Shown piece after piece: positions 30,204 to 39,699 of a stretch of 64,000 nucleotides of DNA. The notes under the pieces are model-generated. The model was not told where the DNA came from. It did not search any database and worked only from the letters and a program-made list of their open reading frames with translations. The stretch is from positions 210,635-274,634 of the forward strand of contig DMXO01000002.1 of NCBI GenBank assembly GCA_003482855.1. Reading direction: 5' to 3'. This DNA comes from Candidatus Magasanikiibacteriota bacterium (GTDB lineage: Bacteria; Patescibacteriota; Patescibacteriia; Magasanikbacterales; UBA922). The stretch's first letter is position 1; the number at the start of each line of letters is the position of its first letter. Made by a program: the position numbers and the translations under genes.

Positions 30204-30752
30204 ATGAGAATATCCCGTAAAAAACGACCAGACAAACCGCTCATTCCGCATTACAAAAAAAATGCGGAGATTGCTGCTGCAGAATTACTCTTGCTTGATG
30301 AGGATGGACAACGCATTGGCGTGATGACAAGACAAGAGGCGATTGATCTCGCATTCGAAAAAGAATTTGACCTCGTAGAAATCAATCCAAAATCTGATCC
30401 TCCTGTAGCAAAACTTGTCGACTTTTCTGAATTCAAATACCAACGAGAAAAAGAGGCCCGCAAACAAAAAGCTCACTCACGAACGAGCGACACCAAAGGA
30501 GTGCGTCTCTCCATACGTATCAGTGACCATGACAAAGAAACAAAACAAAAACAGGCTGAAAAATTCCTTGACCGCGGTGACAAGGTAAAAATAGAACTCA
30601 TGCTCAGAGGAAGAGAAAATGCTCGCCCAGATCTTGCTGAAGCACTAATACGCAATTTCATTGGTAATATACAAAAGACAGTCGAGGTACGAACAGAGCA
30701 AGATATAGTTAGACAAGGAAAAACAGTAACTGCCATTATCGTAAAAAAATAG
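30204..30752 (+). CDS. infC: translation initiation factor IF-3
   Basis: DLVEINPKSDPPVAKLVDF..FKY; GDKVKIELMLRGRE. Confidence 0.95.
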   Translation: MRISRKKRPDKPLIPHYKKNAEIAAAELLLLDEDGQRIGVMTRQEAIDLAFEKEFDLVEINPKSDPPVAKLVDFSEFKYQREKEARKQKAHSRTSDTKGVRLSIRISDHDKETKQKQAEKFLDRGDKVKIELMLRGRENARPDLAEALIRNFIGNIQKTVEVRTEQDIVRQGKTVTAIIVKK

Positions 30753-30814
30753 ACACCCTCAAATATGACATTCCTCCCCTACTCGGGGAGGTTTTCTATA
30801 CACAAGGAAACACC

Positions 30815-30843
30815 TTGACGAACGAGCCTACATACGGTATACT
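30815..30843 (+). promoter_or_regulatory. sigma70 promoter for rpmI-rplT
   Basis: TTGACG, 17 nt spacer, TATACT. Confidence 0.7.
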
Positions 30844-30879
30844 CATCCCGCCCTAAGGTACACATAATTTGTTTATACT

Positions 30880-31089
30880 ATGCCAAAAATGAAGACACAC
30901 AAAGCTACTGCAAAGCGATTTCGTGTGAAAAAATCATCAAAAGGTACAAAAGTCTTGAAACGCACTGACGGACAAGACCATTTTAATTCACGTGAAAGTG
31001 GCAACACAAGACGCAACAAACGGTCAGATAATACTGCTTCTGCCCCTCTTGCAAAGACTGTTTTGAAAGCATTGCCATATCAAAACTAA
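30880..31089 (+). CDS. rpmI: 50S ribosomal protein L35
   Basis: MPKMKTHKATAKRF; infC-rpmI-rplT synteny. Confidence 0.95.
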   Translation: MPKMKTHKATAKRFRVKKSSKGTKVLKRTDGQDHFNSRESGNTRRNKRSDNTASAPLAKTVLKALPYQN

Positions 31090-31108
31090 TTTTTGAATTT
31101 TAAACTGT

Positions 31109-31453
31109 ATGCCACGAGTAAAACGAGGATTACACCATGTAAAACGCCGCAAAGGAATCATGAAGCGCGTAAAAGGGTTTGAGGCAGGACGCAAAAACCT
31201 CATCAAGCTCGCACAGACAGCGCAAACAAAAGCTGGAGCACACGCATATCGTGATCGCAGAGTGAAAAAACGTCTCACTCGCCAACTATGGCAAGTGAAG
31301 ATAAATGCTGCAGTTCGCGCACTTGGTATGAGCTATAGCGTATTCACCGGAGCTCTCAAAAAACACAATATCATGATTGACCGAAAAGTACTTTCTCAAA
31401 TTGCAGAAAAACACCCAGCAGTGTTTACCAAAATTGTAGAGGAAGTAAAATAA
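31109..31453 (+). CDS. rplT: 50S ribosomal protein L20
   Basis: MPRVKRG; AYRDRRVKKR..RQLW..KINAA; DRKVLS. Confidence 0.97.
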   Translation: MPRVKRGLHHVKRRKGIMKRVKGFEAGRKNLIKLAQTAQTKAGAHAYRDRRVKKRLTRQLWQVKINAAVRALGMSYSVFTGALKKHNIMIDRKVLSQIAEKHPAVFTKIVEEVK

Positions 31454-31485
31454 AAATGATACAATACATAACGTAGATAAAATTA

Positions 31486-31518
31486 AAACCACCCCAAATA
31501 CTCGGGTGGTTTATTTTT
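31486..31518 (+). terminator. intrinsic terminator
   Basis: aaaccaccc / gggtggttt followed by a T-rich tail. Confidence 0.65.
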
Positions 31519-31580
31519 GCCTATATTTTAGTGTATAAAAAATTAATTACGAAATAAGTATATCACAAAAAATAACAAAC

Positions 31581-31612
31581 AAAAAAAGCACTCCGCATTA
31601 CCGGAGCGCTTT
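31581..31612 (-). terminator. intrinsic terminator of rplJL
   Basis: minus strand aaagcgctccgg..cggagtgc followed by a T run. Confidence 0.7.
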
Positions 31613-31631
31613 GATAAGTACTATTGAAGTA

Positions 31632-32033
31632 TTATTTCAATGTTACTTTTCCACCTGCTTCTTCAATCTTTTTCTTCATCGCTTCTGCTTCTTCTTTCTT
31701 TACATTTTCTTTGACATTCTTTGGAGCGCCATCTACAAGTCCTTTTGCATCAGCAAGTCCAAGACCAGTGATTTCTTTTACTACTTTGATAACACCGATC
31801 TTGTTGTCACCAACTGCAGTAAGTTCAACATTAAATTCTGTTTTTTCTTCGGCAGCAGGAGCAGCAGCAGCAGGACCAGCCATCATCATGGCAGGAGCAG
31901 CAGCTGATACGCCAAATTTTTCTTCAAAAACTTTTACAAGTTCTGCGAGATCGAGTACAGACATCTTTTCAACTTCACTGACGAGTGATTGAAATTTTGC
32001 TGGTACTTCGACAACTTTTTTTTCGTCTGACAT
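31632..32033 (-). CDS. rplL: 50S ribosomal protein L7/L12
   Basis: [10 protein letters not shown]; [10 protein letters not shown]; [15 protein letters not shown]. Confidence 0.98.
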   Translation of the reverse strand: MSDEKKVVEVPAKFQSLVSEVEKMSVLDLAELVKVFEEKFGVSAAAPAMMMAGPAAAAPAAEEKTEFNVELTAVGDNKIGVIKVVKEITGLGLADAKGLVDGAPKNVKENVKKEEAEAMKKKIEEAGGKVTLK

Positions 32034-32132
32034 AGTATGTATGTTATAAATGTTTTAATTGTTGTAGATGTTGTAATTGATATTCATTTCCAACAAACGA
32101 AGTGATACAACATCTTAACAGCTTTAACTTTC

Positions 32133-32654
32133 TTACGCTTTCGCGTCTTTGATATTGTTTAATACACTTACAAGCCCGCGCAAATTGCCGGCAAGTACAT
32201 TTACAAAGCCAGATATTGGCGCATTGAGAGAGCCAACCATCTTTGCGAGGAGTTCGTCTTTGCTTGGTAGTTTGGATAACTCGGTGACTTTGGTTGAATC
32301 AATCGCCTGTCCTTCGAGCATACCACCAAACATATGTACAATCTCATGACTTTTTGCAAACTTTGCAACGATTTGTGCAGGGGCTACTTCATCTTGTAAA
32401 CCAAGTACGACAGCAGGACTGCCCTCGAATACTTTGGTATCAACATCAAATCCGATTTCCTTGAGAGCACGCTTGAGAAGCGTCTTCTTGGTCGCGACAT
32501 ATGTCACGTTTTGTGCGCGACACATATTGCGAAGCTCTTCAGACTCTTTGACCTTGAGACCCTGAAAATTTGCAAAAACCGCTGACTTTGCTGTTTTCAA
32601 GCCTTCAGCTAATTCTTGTATAGCTTGTTCTTTTGTTTGTCTTGTCTTAGCCAT
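32133..32654 (-). CDS. rplJ: 50S ribosomal protein L10
   Basis: KKTLLKRAL; LSKLPSKDELLAKMVGSLNAP; upstream of rplL. Confidence 0.96.
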   Translation of the reverse strand: MAKTRQTKEQAIQELAEGLKTAKSAVFANFQGLKVKESEELRNMCRAQNVTYVATKKTLLKRALKEIGFDVDTKVFEGSPAVVLGLQDEVAPAQIVAKFAKSHEIVHMFGGMLEGQAIDSTKVTELSKLPSKDELLAKMVGSLNAPISGFVNVLAGNLRGLVSVLNNIKDAKA

Positions 32655-32721
32655 AATATCTAAGTCTTCTAAGCTCTCTAAGCTTTCTCAGTTCTTCTGA
32701 GATTAGCATAGTGCTTAGTAT

Positions 32722-32870
32722 AAAAAAACTGTGGTTGTAAACCACAGACACTCTGTAACCCTCGACCTTTTTGTCTAGCTAAAATAATTTAGAAAACCTA
32801 GATAGCTTAGACGACTTAGAGGTTACCTCGGCAGGAAATTGAGTCTTGCGACACCTGCTGTCTATGGTAG
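32722..32870 (-). promoter_or_regulatory. L10 leader with attenuator hairpin
   Basis: minus strand AGACAGCAGG...CCTGCCGAGG; downstream ctgtggttt/aaccacag plus T run; promoter TTGACA-17-TATACT at 32875-32903. Confidence 0.8.
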
Positions 32871-32946
32871 AACGAGTATACATCAAGCCTGTATTTCTGT
32901 CAAGTAACCGAATGTATCACCTCAATCATATAAATAAATTATACAA

Positions 32947-32974
32947 AAATCCAGCACATTTTCGTACTGGATTT
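32947..32974 (-). terminator. intrinsic terminator of the GC-rich singleton gene
   Basis: minus strand aaatccagtac-gaaaat-gtgctggattttt. Confidence 0.65.
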
Positions 32975-33101
32975 CATGTGTCCAATACTTCTCGGTATTC
33001 CAGAAAATATATTGTATTACATTCTCTGGGTCACGACCGAGAAGCGGGCGGACCAAATCTTTATTCTTTGGTCTCCTCTTAAGATCAAGCCGACGAGTCT
33101 T

Positions 33102-33392
33102 CTAGTTCGGCTGCCGGCGATTTGGGTGTCGATAGTCGCGGTAGATCCAGATGACGAAGACCACGACACCGATTGAGAGGACGGAGACCCACCAGTACTC
33201 CATGGCGAACTCCGCGACACGGTTGTCCGCGACCTGATATTTCCAGGCCTTGACCTTGTCGATCTGAGCCATCTCGATCAGGCCGATGAGCACCCTGATC
33301 GGCATGACGACGTAGAGTCCTACCAGGGCCGTGGCGATAATGCCGTAGGCCATCGATAGAACGAGTCGGCCGAACTCTTCGATGATGAACAT
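33102..33392 (-). CDS. small GC-rich membrane protein (96 aa)
   Basis: ATG 33392 with SD GGAGG; 2-3 TM helices; line 33301-33360 is 35/60 GC. Confidence 0.7.
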   Translation of the reverse strand: MFIIEEFGRLVLSMAYGIIATALVGLYVVMPIRVLIGLIEMAQIDKVKAWKYQVADNRVAEFAMEYWWVSVLSIGVVVFVIWIYRDYRHPNRRQPN

Positions 33393-33451
33393 CTGAGGAG
33401 CCCTCCAGTAGCCCGAGGTAGAATCGATCCGCGTCCAGATTTGGACCAAAA

Positions 33452-33480
33452 AATATAACACAAAAAAAAGCTTTTGTCAA
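33452..33480 (-). promoter_or_regulatory. sigma70 promoter with extended -10
   Basis: minus strand TTGACA, 17 nt spacer ending TGt, TATATT. Confidence 0.8.
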
Positions 33481-33500
33481 GCTTTACTTATGTGTGATTG

Positions 33501-33634
33501 TGGTAGCGCCACGGGGAAATCTCACTCGTCGCTTCGCTCCTCCTGGGAAAACCTTCGGGTTTTCCCAACCTTTCCTCAGAAAGAGAAAACTCCCGTTTTC
33601 TCCCTTTCCCGTTCGATTCCCCTCATCGAACCCC
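33501..33634 (-). repeat. duplicated tRNA-Glu 3' end interrupted by a palindromic insert
   Basis: minus strand GGGGTTCGAT [about 105 nt of hairpins] TTCCCCGTGGCGCTACCA. Confidence 0.7.
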
Positions 33635-33677
33635 AACAAAAACAAAAAACGAGCTTACGGCTCGGTTTTTGTTTTTG

Positions 33678-33749
33678 TAGCGCCACGGGGAATCGAACCC
33701 CGATTACCAGGATGAAAACCTGATGTCCTAACCATTAGACGATGACGCC
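33678..33749 (-). tRNA. tRNA-Glu(TTC)
   Basis: cloverleaf GGCGTCA..TCAGG-TT-TTC-AT-CCTGG..GGTTCGATTCC..TGGCGCT-A; CCA not encoded. Confidence 0.93.
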
Positions 33750-33877
33750 ATAACAAACGCAAATAGTATATATAAAAACAAAAAAAATGTCAATGAACAA
33801 CCAGAGGATAATATTGCTTTTTCTCAACATATGACCTATAGTAACAATACAAGTTATTACTAACACATATATTATAT

Positions 33878-34804
33878 ATGAATACAACTACCAAAATACT
33901 CATAAGTCTCGTAGCTATTACAGGCATATTGGGTTTAACTATAGTAATTTTGAGATTTTCTTCGCCCGAAGATACGTGGATATGTAGTGACCAAGGCTGG
34001 ATAAAACATGGCAATCCAAGCAATGCGATGCCTACCTCAGGATGTGACAATGACAATAAAAATCCAATAACATCAACTAATAATCAATATGCCAATGATA
34101 TAGTTGTTGATATACCCCACACAAACCAAGAAATATCGAGTCCGTTCACTATTACAGGCAAAGCACGCGGAACATGGTATTTCGAAGGATCATTCCCTAT
34201 ACAACTTTTTGATAATCAAGGAAATAAACTTGCGGATAGCTATGCAATGTCTCAGGGTGAATGGATGACTACTGAATTTGTACCATTCACTTCGACGCTT
34301 ACCTTTGATATAGGTGAAGCGACTTCAGGAATACTTGTAATAAAAAATGATAACCCCTCTGATAATCGAACACTTGATAAAGAAATACGTATTCCCCTAC
34401 TATTCAAACAAGAAACTACACAAGTTTTGGTATTTTTTAATAATATAGAAAGAGATCCTGGACTCGTGGATTGCTCTGTAGTGTATGGCGTGTCGCGGAC
34501 AATCAAAAAAACACAAGCAATAGGTCGTGCCACTCTTGAGCAACTATTCAAAGGCATTTCCAAAGAGGAAGAATCAGAAGGCTTTGTAGATAATATACCC
34601 GCTGGAGTGACAATACAAAAACTAACCATAGAAAATGGGGTTGCAAAAGTTGATCTTAGCAAAGAACTAGAACAAGGAGTTGGTGGGTCATGCCGTGTGA
34701 CCGCTATCCGAGCCCAAATCACTGAAACGCTCAAACAATTCCCTACAGTAAGTGAGGTAATTATCTCAATAGACGGCCGAACTGAGGATATTTTACAACC
34801 ATAA
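33878..34804 (+). CDS. membrane-anchored Gmad2 Ig-like plus GerMN domain protein
   Basis: GKARGTWYFEGSFPI; WMTTEFVPF; GGSCRVTAIRAQITETLKQFPTV. Confidence 0.85.
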   Translation: MNTTTKILISLVAITGILGLTIVILRFSSPEDTWICSDQGWIKHGNPSNAMPTSGCDNDNKNPITSTNNQYANDIVVDIPHTNQEISSPFTITGKARGTWYFEGSFPIQLFDNQGNKLADSYAMSQGEWMTTEFVPFTSTLTFDIGEATSGILVIKNDNPSDNRTLDKEIRIPLLFKQETTQVLVFFNNIERDPGLVDCSVVYGVSRTIKKTQAIGRATLEQLFKGISKEEESEGFVDNIPAGVTIQKLTIENGVAKVDLSKELEQGVGGSCRVTAIRAQITETLKQFPTVSEVIISIDGRTEDILQP

Positions 34805-35102
34805 GTCACACTTGAATAAACCATATAAAACAGGTACTATAAGGTGGCTATAATAGCCACCTTTATCATATGAATACATCAAAAACAAAACAGAATTATC
34901 CGTCGGTTATTTTACAAAGTATGGTGATGGCGGCGTTGATCTACTTCCGATTGAAGACGGTAAGGATCTCGAGGAATTTGAAGAACGTGATGTAGAAACA
35001 GATGATAAAACATGCGGGACATAAATTAAAAATGTCTAAAATTTGTAGTCTGTCATCCACTCTCCGCTTAGGGCGGATCGGTCGGAATGGCAATAAGAAA
35101 AT

Positions 35103-36464
35103 ATGAAAAAAGCCCTCTTTATCGGCCGCTTCCAACCATTTCATCAGGGGCACTTGGATGCTCTAAAACAAATCTCTGAATCCGAGGTTATTATTGGCAT
35201 TGGCAGTTCACAATACAGTGAAACTGACGACAATCCGTTGAGTTTTGAGGAGCGCAAAAAAATAATTGAAGAAAAACTTAAAAATTTAAATCTAAACTAC
35301 AAAATCATTGGCATCCCTGATATCCACGAAGAAACAGAATGGGTTGATCATGTAAAAAAAATAGTTGGAAATTTTGATATGGTTTATACCGGCAATGAAT
35401 TGGTACAGACATTGTTTGAACAAAAAGGATATGTGGTCCATGGAATCAAAAAAAATATTGACATCAGTGCCACAGAAATACGCACAGAAGCCAAACGACT
35501 TTTCGAAAAATTAGGAAAAACCAAACGCACTTTTAGTTATTGTCTGGGCATAGCGCCTATTACTCTTGAAATAAACCGACTCAAAAAAAAACAAAACGCA
35601 ATCATCCTCGCCCACTCGTACCAAACAACCGACATTATGTACGGTGTTGCAGACTTTATTGGTGACTCATACGGGCTCGCAAAGATTGCATCACAACATG
35701 ATGCACAAAAAATAATTTTCTGTTCTGTTCATTTCATGGGTGAAACTGCAAAAATTCTTAATCCTGAAAAAGAAGTCTTCGTTCCTGCGGTTGCAGGATG
35801 TTCTTTGGCAGAAAGCATTACTGCCGAAGATGTACGAAACTTAAAAACAAGATATCCGGGAATACCCGTGGTTACCTATGTAAATACAAGCGCTGAAGTA
35901 AAAGCAGAGAGCGACATCTGTTGTACTTCGTCTAACGCGCTAAAGATTATTGAATCATTGCCGGATGAAACTATCATCTTCATTCCAGACATTCTCATGG
36001 GTCAAAATTTACAAAAACAAACAAAGAAAAAACTAATCTTATGGAATGGTACCTGTATTGTTCACGAACAATTTGATCGTCAGGCAGTAGACAATATCCG
36101 TGCACAATTCCCCGGTACCAAAATTCTCGCACATTACGAATGTACATCTTCTGTTGCGGATGCAGTAGATATGGTTGGTAGCACAGGAGATATGCTCAAA
36201 TATGTAAAAGAAAATCCAGCAGAACACTATATGCTCATCACAGAATGTGGAATTACTGACAGAGTTCAAACAGAATTTCCAGACAAACACATTGTAGGTA
36301 GTTGTCAGCTGTGTCCATATATGAAACAGATCAAGTTGGAGGATGTGTTGAATGCACTTAAAAGTCCTAAGAAAGAACAGATTATTGAATTGGATAAAGA
36401 AATTTTAGAAAAAGCGAAGAAAAGTTTGGACAGAATGATGGAAATAAGTACCAAAGCAAAATAA
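35103..36464 (+). CDS. nadA: NMN adenylyltransferase (NadM-like) fused to quinolinate synthase
   Basis: N-terminal GRFQPFHQGH, NPLSFEER, ISATEIR; C-terminal ILAHSYQ, VHFMGETAK, AGCSLA, CIVHE, CPYMK. Confidence 0.9.
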   Translation: MKKALFIGRFQPFHQGHLDALKQISESEVIIGIGSSQYSETDDNPLSFEERKKIIEEKLKNLNLNYKIIGIPDIHEETEWVDHVKKIVGNFDMVYTGNELVQTLFEQKGYVVHGIKKNIDISATEIRTEAKRLFEKLGKTKRTFSYCLGIAPITLEINRLKKKQNAIILAHSYQTTDIMYGVADFIGDSYGLAKIASQHDAQKIIFCSVHFMGETAKILNPEKEVFVPAVAGCSLAESITAEDVRNLKTRYPGIPVVTYVNTSAEVKAESDICCTSSNALKIIESLPDETIIFIPDILMGQNLQKQTKKKLILWNGTCIVHEQFDRQAVDNIRAQFPGTKILAHYECTSSVADAVDMVGSTGDMLKYVKENPAEHYMLITECGITDRVQTEFPDKHIVGSCQLCPYMKQIKLEDVLNALKSPKKEQIIELDKEILEKAKKSLDRMMEISTKAK

Positions 36465-36553
36465 GCAGAATAAGGATTGGAACAAAAATTGCTTAATCTG
36501 CTTACTGACTTAATCTACTTGATTAATAAACAAAAAAAACGGGACAATAGTAT

Positions 36554-37429
36554 ATGACCAAACGCCAAAAACTCACAAAACACTTCAATCAATACGAAAA
36601 GCTCACGCTCAAAAATCCAAAATACCTCCGCCAAGTCAAACGTCTGACAGAGGATTTTTTGGCTGAAGATTTGGATACCCGGGGTGATATTACGAGTGAC
36701 ACAGTAATAAAAGGAAACCCAAAAGTCACAGCTATAGTAAAGGCAAAAGAAAACGGCATTGTCGCTGGATTAGAAGAAACAAAATGGTTTCTTACAAGCT
36801 ACAAGCTACAAGCTACGAGTTACAAAAAAGATGGAAATAAAGTAGGAAAGGGAGAAAAAATATTTCAACTTAAAGGTGGTATAAAAGATGTTCTAAAAAT
36901 TGAACGGACAATTCTCAATCTACTTCAAAGAATGTCAGGTATCGCAACACAGACTACCAAACTTGTTAAACTTACCCACGGTAAAGTCCTTATCTGCCCT
37001 ACCCGTAAAACACAATGGGGCCTACTTGATAAAAAAGCCGTTGTTCTCGGTGGCGGAGGAACACATCGGCTTGGACTTTACGATTGGATTTTGGTAAAAG
37101 ATAATCACATCACTCACTCTAAAACCTATAACCTAAAACCTATAACCTCTTTCTGGGAGATTGAAGCAAAAACAAAAAAACAAGTTTTAGAATTTGCCAA
37201 ATTAAATCCAGATGCTATCATGTTTGATAATTTTAAACCAAAAAATATCAAAGGGATATTAGAAGATACTGAGATATTGAGATATTCAAAAGATATCATT
37301 TTTGAAGTGTCGGGTGGAATTACGGAAAAAAATATTACCGAGTATGCAAAAACTGGAGTGGATATTATTTCGCTCGGTTCACTCACCCACTCTACAAAGG
37401 CTTTAGATATTAGTTTAGACATTATTTAA
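36554..37429 (+). CDS. nadC: nicotinate-nucleotide pyrophosphorylase (carboxylating)
   Basis: ED..GDITS; ERTILNLLQRMSGIAT; TRKT; HRLGL; KDNH; EVSGGI; SLTHS. Confidence 0.95.
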   Translation: MTKRQKLTKHFNQYEKLTLKNPKYLRQVKRLTEDFLAEDLDTRGDITSDTVIKGNPKVTAIVKAKENGIVAGLEETKWFLTSYKLQATSYKKDGNKVGKGEKIFQLKGGIKDVLKIERTILNLLQRMSGIATQTTKLVKLTHGKVLICPTRKTQWGLLDKKAVVLGGGGTHRLGLYDWILVKDNHITHSKTYNLKPITSFWEIEAKTKKQVLEFAKLNPDAIMFDNFKPKNIKGILEDTEILRYSKDIIFEVSGGITEKNITEYAKTGVDIISLGSLTHSTKALDISLDII

Positions 37430-37472
37430 AACTACTTACTATTTACTGCTTACTATTTACTAAAACTATTCT

Positions 37473-39005
37473 ATGGGCAAAAAAAATGATACGATCAAAG
37501 CCGATTTTTTAGTAATAGGATCAGGCATTGCTGGCCTGAATTTTGCGTTGGAAGCAAGCAAATATGGCACTGTCGCGATTGTAACCAAAAAAGAACTCAT
37601 GGAAAGTAACTCAAATTATGCTCAAGGTGGCATTGCTGCAGTTTTGGATACAATGGACAGCTTTGAAAAACATATTGAAGATACTATGAAAGCTGGGTGC
37701 TACTTGAATGACAAAAAAGCTGTAGAAATAATGGTGAGAGAAGCTCCCAAACAAATACAAAAACTCATAGATATTGGTGTCGGATTTAGCAAAGAAAACA
37801 ATAAATTGTCTCTTACCAAAGAAGGCGGACATTCTATGCGGCGTATCGCGCATGTGCATGATACGACAGGTAAAGAAATTGAACGGGCGTTGATTCACCA
37901 AGTACGGCATAATGAAAACATCTCTATCTTTGAATCGTACGTAGCATTTAGACTACTAACACCCGAGCACAAAAGCACAAAAGCACAAAAGCACTGTGTC
38001 GGCGCTTTGGTTCTCAATACTGAAAAAAATGAAGTGACTACATTTATTGTCAAGGCAACGATACTCGCGACAGGCGGAACAGGACAAGTATACAAACGAA
38101 ATTCAAATCCAAAAATTGCAACAGGTGATGGCGTGGCACTTGCACATGAAGCAGGGGCAGAAATTTGTGACATGGAATTTATACAATTTCATCCCACAGC
38201 TCTTGCAAAAAAAGGCAAACCAGCACTGCTTATTTCTGAGACTGTACGTGGCGAGGGCGGTATCCTTGTTCACAAAGATGGCAAACGATTTATGCCAAAC
38301 TACCATAAACTCGCCGAGCTCGCACCACGTGATATTGTCTCGCGCGCGATGTTTGAGGAATTAAAAAAAGGTCCAGTTTACCTCGACATCCGACATAAGG
38401 GAAGTACCTATATAAAACAACGATTCCCCTATCTCTATAATGAACTCTGGTGGTACGGAGTAAAGATGGATAAAGATCTTATTCCTGTCGCACCAGCCGC
38501 ACACTTCACCTGCGGTGGAGTTCATACAAATCTAAATGGCGAAACAAATATTCCCGGACTTTTTGCGTTTGGTGAAGTCGCGCATACCGGCGTTCATGGA
38601 GCGAATCGGTTGGCATCGAATTCGCTCTTAGAGTGTATGGTATTTAGTAGTAGGGCAGTAAATTCAACTAAAAAATATATCAGAAAAATGCAAAATGCAA
38701 AATGCAAAATGCAAAAAATCCCTATAACCTATAACCTAAAACCTAAAACCTTGAATGAAATTAGAAAGATGACATCTTCGATTCAAAAACTTATGTGGAG
38801 CAATGTTGGTATCGTCCGTGAAGAAAAAAAGATGAAAAAAACATTAAAAATATTAGATAGATATGAAACAAATATTAAACAGGTACTAAAGACTGGAATA
38901 AACAGAGACATTCTTGAATTAAAAAATATCTGTAATGTTGCCAAACTTATTACACAGGCGGCGCTTGAAAGAAAAGAAAGCGTAGGAGCTCACTTTATAG
39001 TATGA
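37473..39005 (+). CDS. nadB: L-aspartate oxidase
   Basis: IGSGIAGL; SNYAQGGIA; EGGHS.RRI; QFHPT; GVHGANRLASNSLLE. Confidence 0.95.
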   Translation: MGKKNDTIKADFLVIGSGIAGLNFALEASKYGTVAIVTKKELMESNSNYAQGGIAAVLDTMDSFEKHIEDTMKAGCYLNDKKAVEIMVREAPKQIQKLIDIGVGFSKENNKLSLTKEGGHSMRRIAHVHDTTGKEIERALIHQVRHNENISIFESYVAFRLLTPEHKSTKAQKHCVGALVLNTEKNEVTTFIVKATILATGGTGQVYKRNSNPKIATGDGVALAHEAGAEICDMEFIQFHPTALAKKGKPALLISETVRGEGGILVHKDGKRFMPNYHKLAELAPRDIVSRAMFEELKKGPVYLDIRHKGSTYIKQRFPYLYNELWWYGVKMDKDLIPVAPAAHFTCGGVHTNLNGETNIPGLFAFGEVAHTGVHGANRLASNSLLECMVFSSRAVNSTKKYIRKMQNAKCKMQKIPITYNLKPKTLNEIRKMTSSIQKLMWSNVGIVREEKKMKKTLKILDRYETNIKQVLKTGINRDILELKNICNVAKLITQAALERKESVGAHFIV

Positions 39006-39673
39006 GTAAAAAACAAATATTCTACATATTCATTATCCCCGGACTATGTATTCAGTTCGTCGGGTCATTTTTTTATTTTGTCATACTCAATGGTACGGGG
39101 ATTTCAAATATCATTTACACGCTGACAAAAATTCTGGTTATTGTCTGGCCATTATATTGGATATTTAAACGAGACAAAGACAAACAAATACCTCATAGAA
39201 AAAAATCCGTTATGTACGGTCTCATATTCGGACTTGGGGTAAGCGCCCTTATACTCATTATTTTCAACGCATTTTTTGATTACTTTTCACAATTTGCGAC
39301 GAACATGAAAGATGCAGCGGAAAATCTCGGCATACTGAACTACTACATCCTATTCTCACTTTTCTTAAGTATTGCCCACTCTGGAATTGAGGAATACTAC
39401 TGGCGCTGGTTCATATTCAAAGGACTTCAAATAAAATTTAAACCTCTCATCGCCGCGTCTATCTCGAGTCTCGCCTTTTCCCTGCATCACTTCATTGTAC
39501 TGTCTCAATTTTTTAATATTTGGATAACTATGCTCTTCGGGATAGCGGTCGGGGTTGGTGGCCTGATTTGGTGTCTTATATATTACAAAACACGATCAAT
39601 ACTTGGCAGTTGGATCGGTCACCTATTCGTAGATCTCGCTGTGATGACTGTAGGTTATATATTGATTTTCTAA
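39002..39673 (+). CDS. CPBP (CAAX/Abi) intramembrane metalloprotease
   Basis: EEYYWR; FSLHH; H...D motifs; multiple TM helices. Confidence 0.85.
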   Translation: MSKKQIFYIFIIPGLCIQFVGSFFYFVILNGTGISNIIYTLTKILVIVWPLYWIFKRDKDKQIPHRKKSVMYGLIFGLGVSALILIIFNAFFDYFSQFATNMKDAAENLGILNYYILFSLFLSIAHSGIEEYYWRWFIFKGLQIKFKPLIAASISSLAFSLHHFIVLSQFFNIWITMLFGIAVGVGGLIWCLIYYKTRSILGSWIGHLFVDLAVMTVGYILIF

Positions 39674-39699
39674 CTTTCTCATGGTTTAATAAAACCACT

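Noticed and set aside
34841-35024. Palindrome aaggtggcta-taa-tagccacctt and a start-less acidic reading frame (YEYIKNK...CGT)
   Set aside because: No start codon or recognisable homology; may be a gene remnant but cannot be supported
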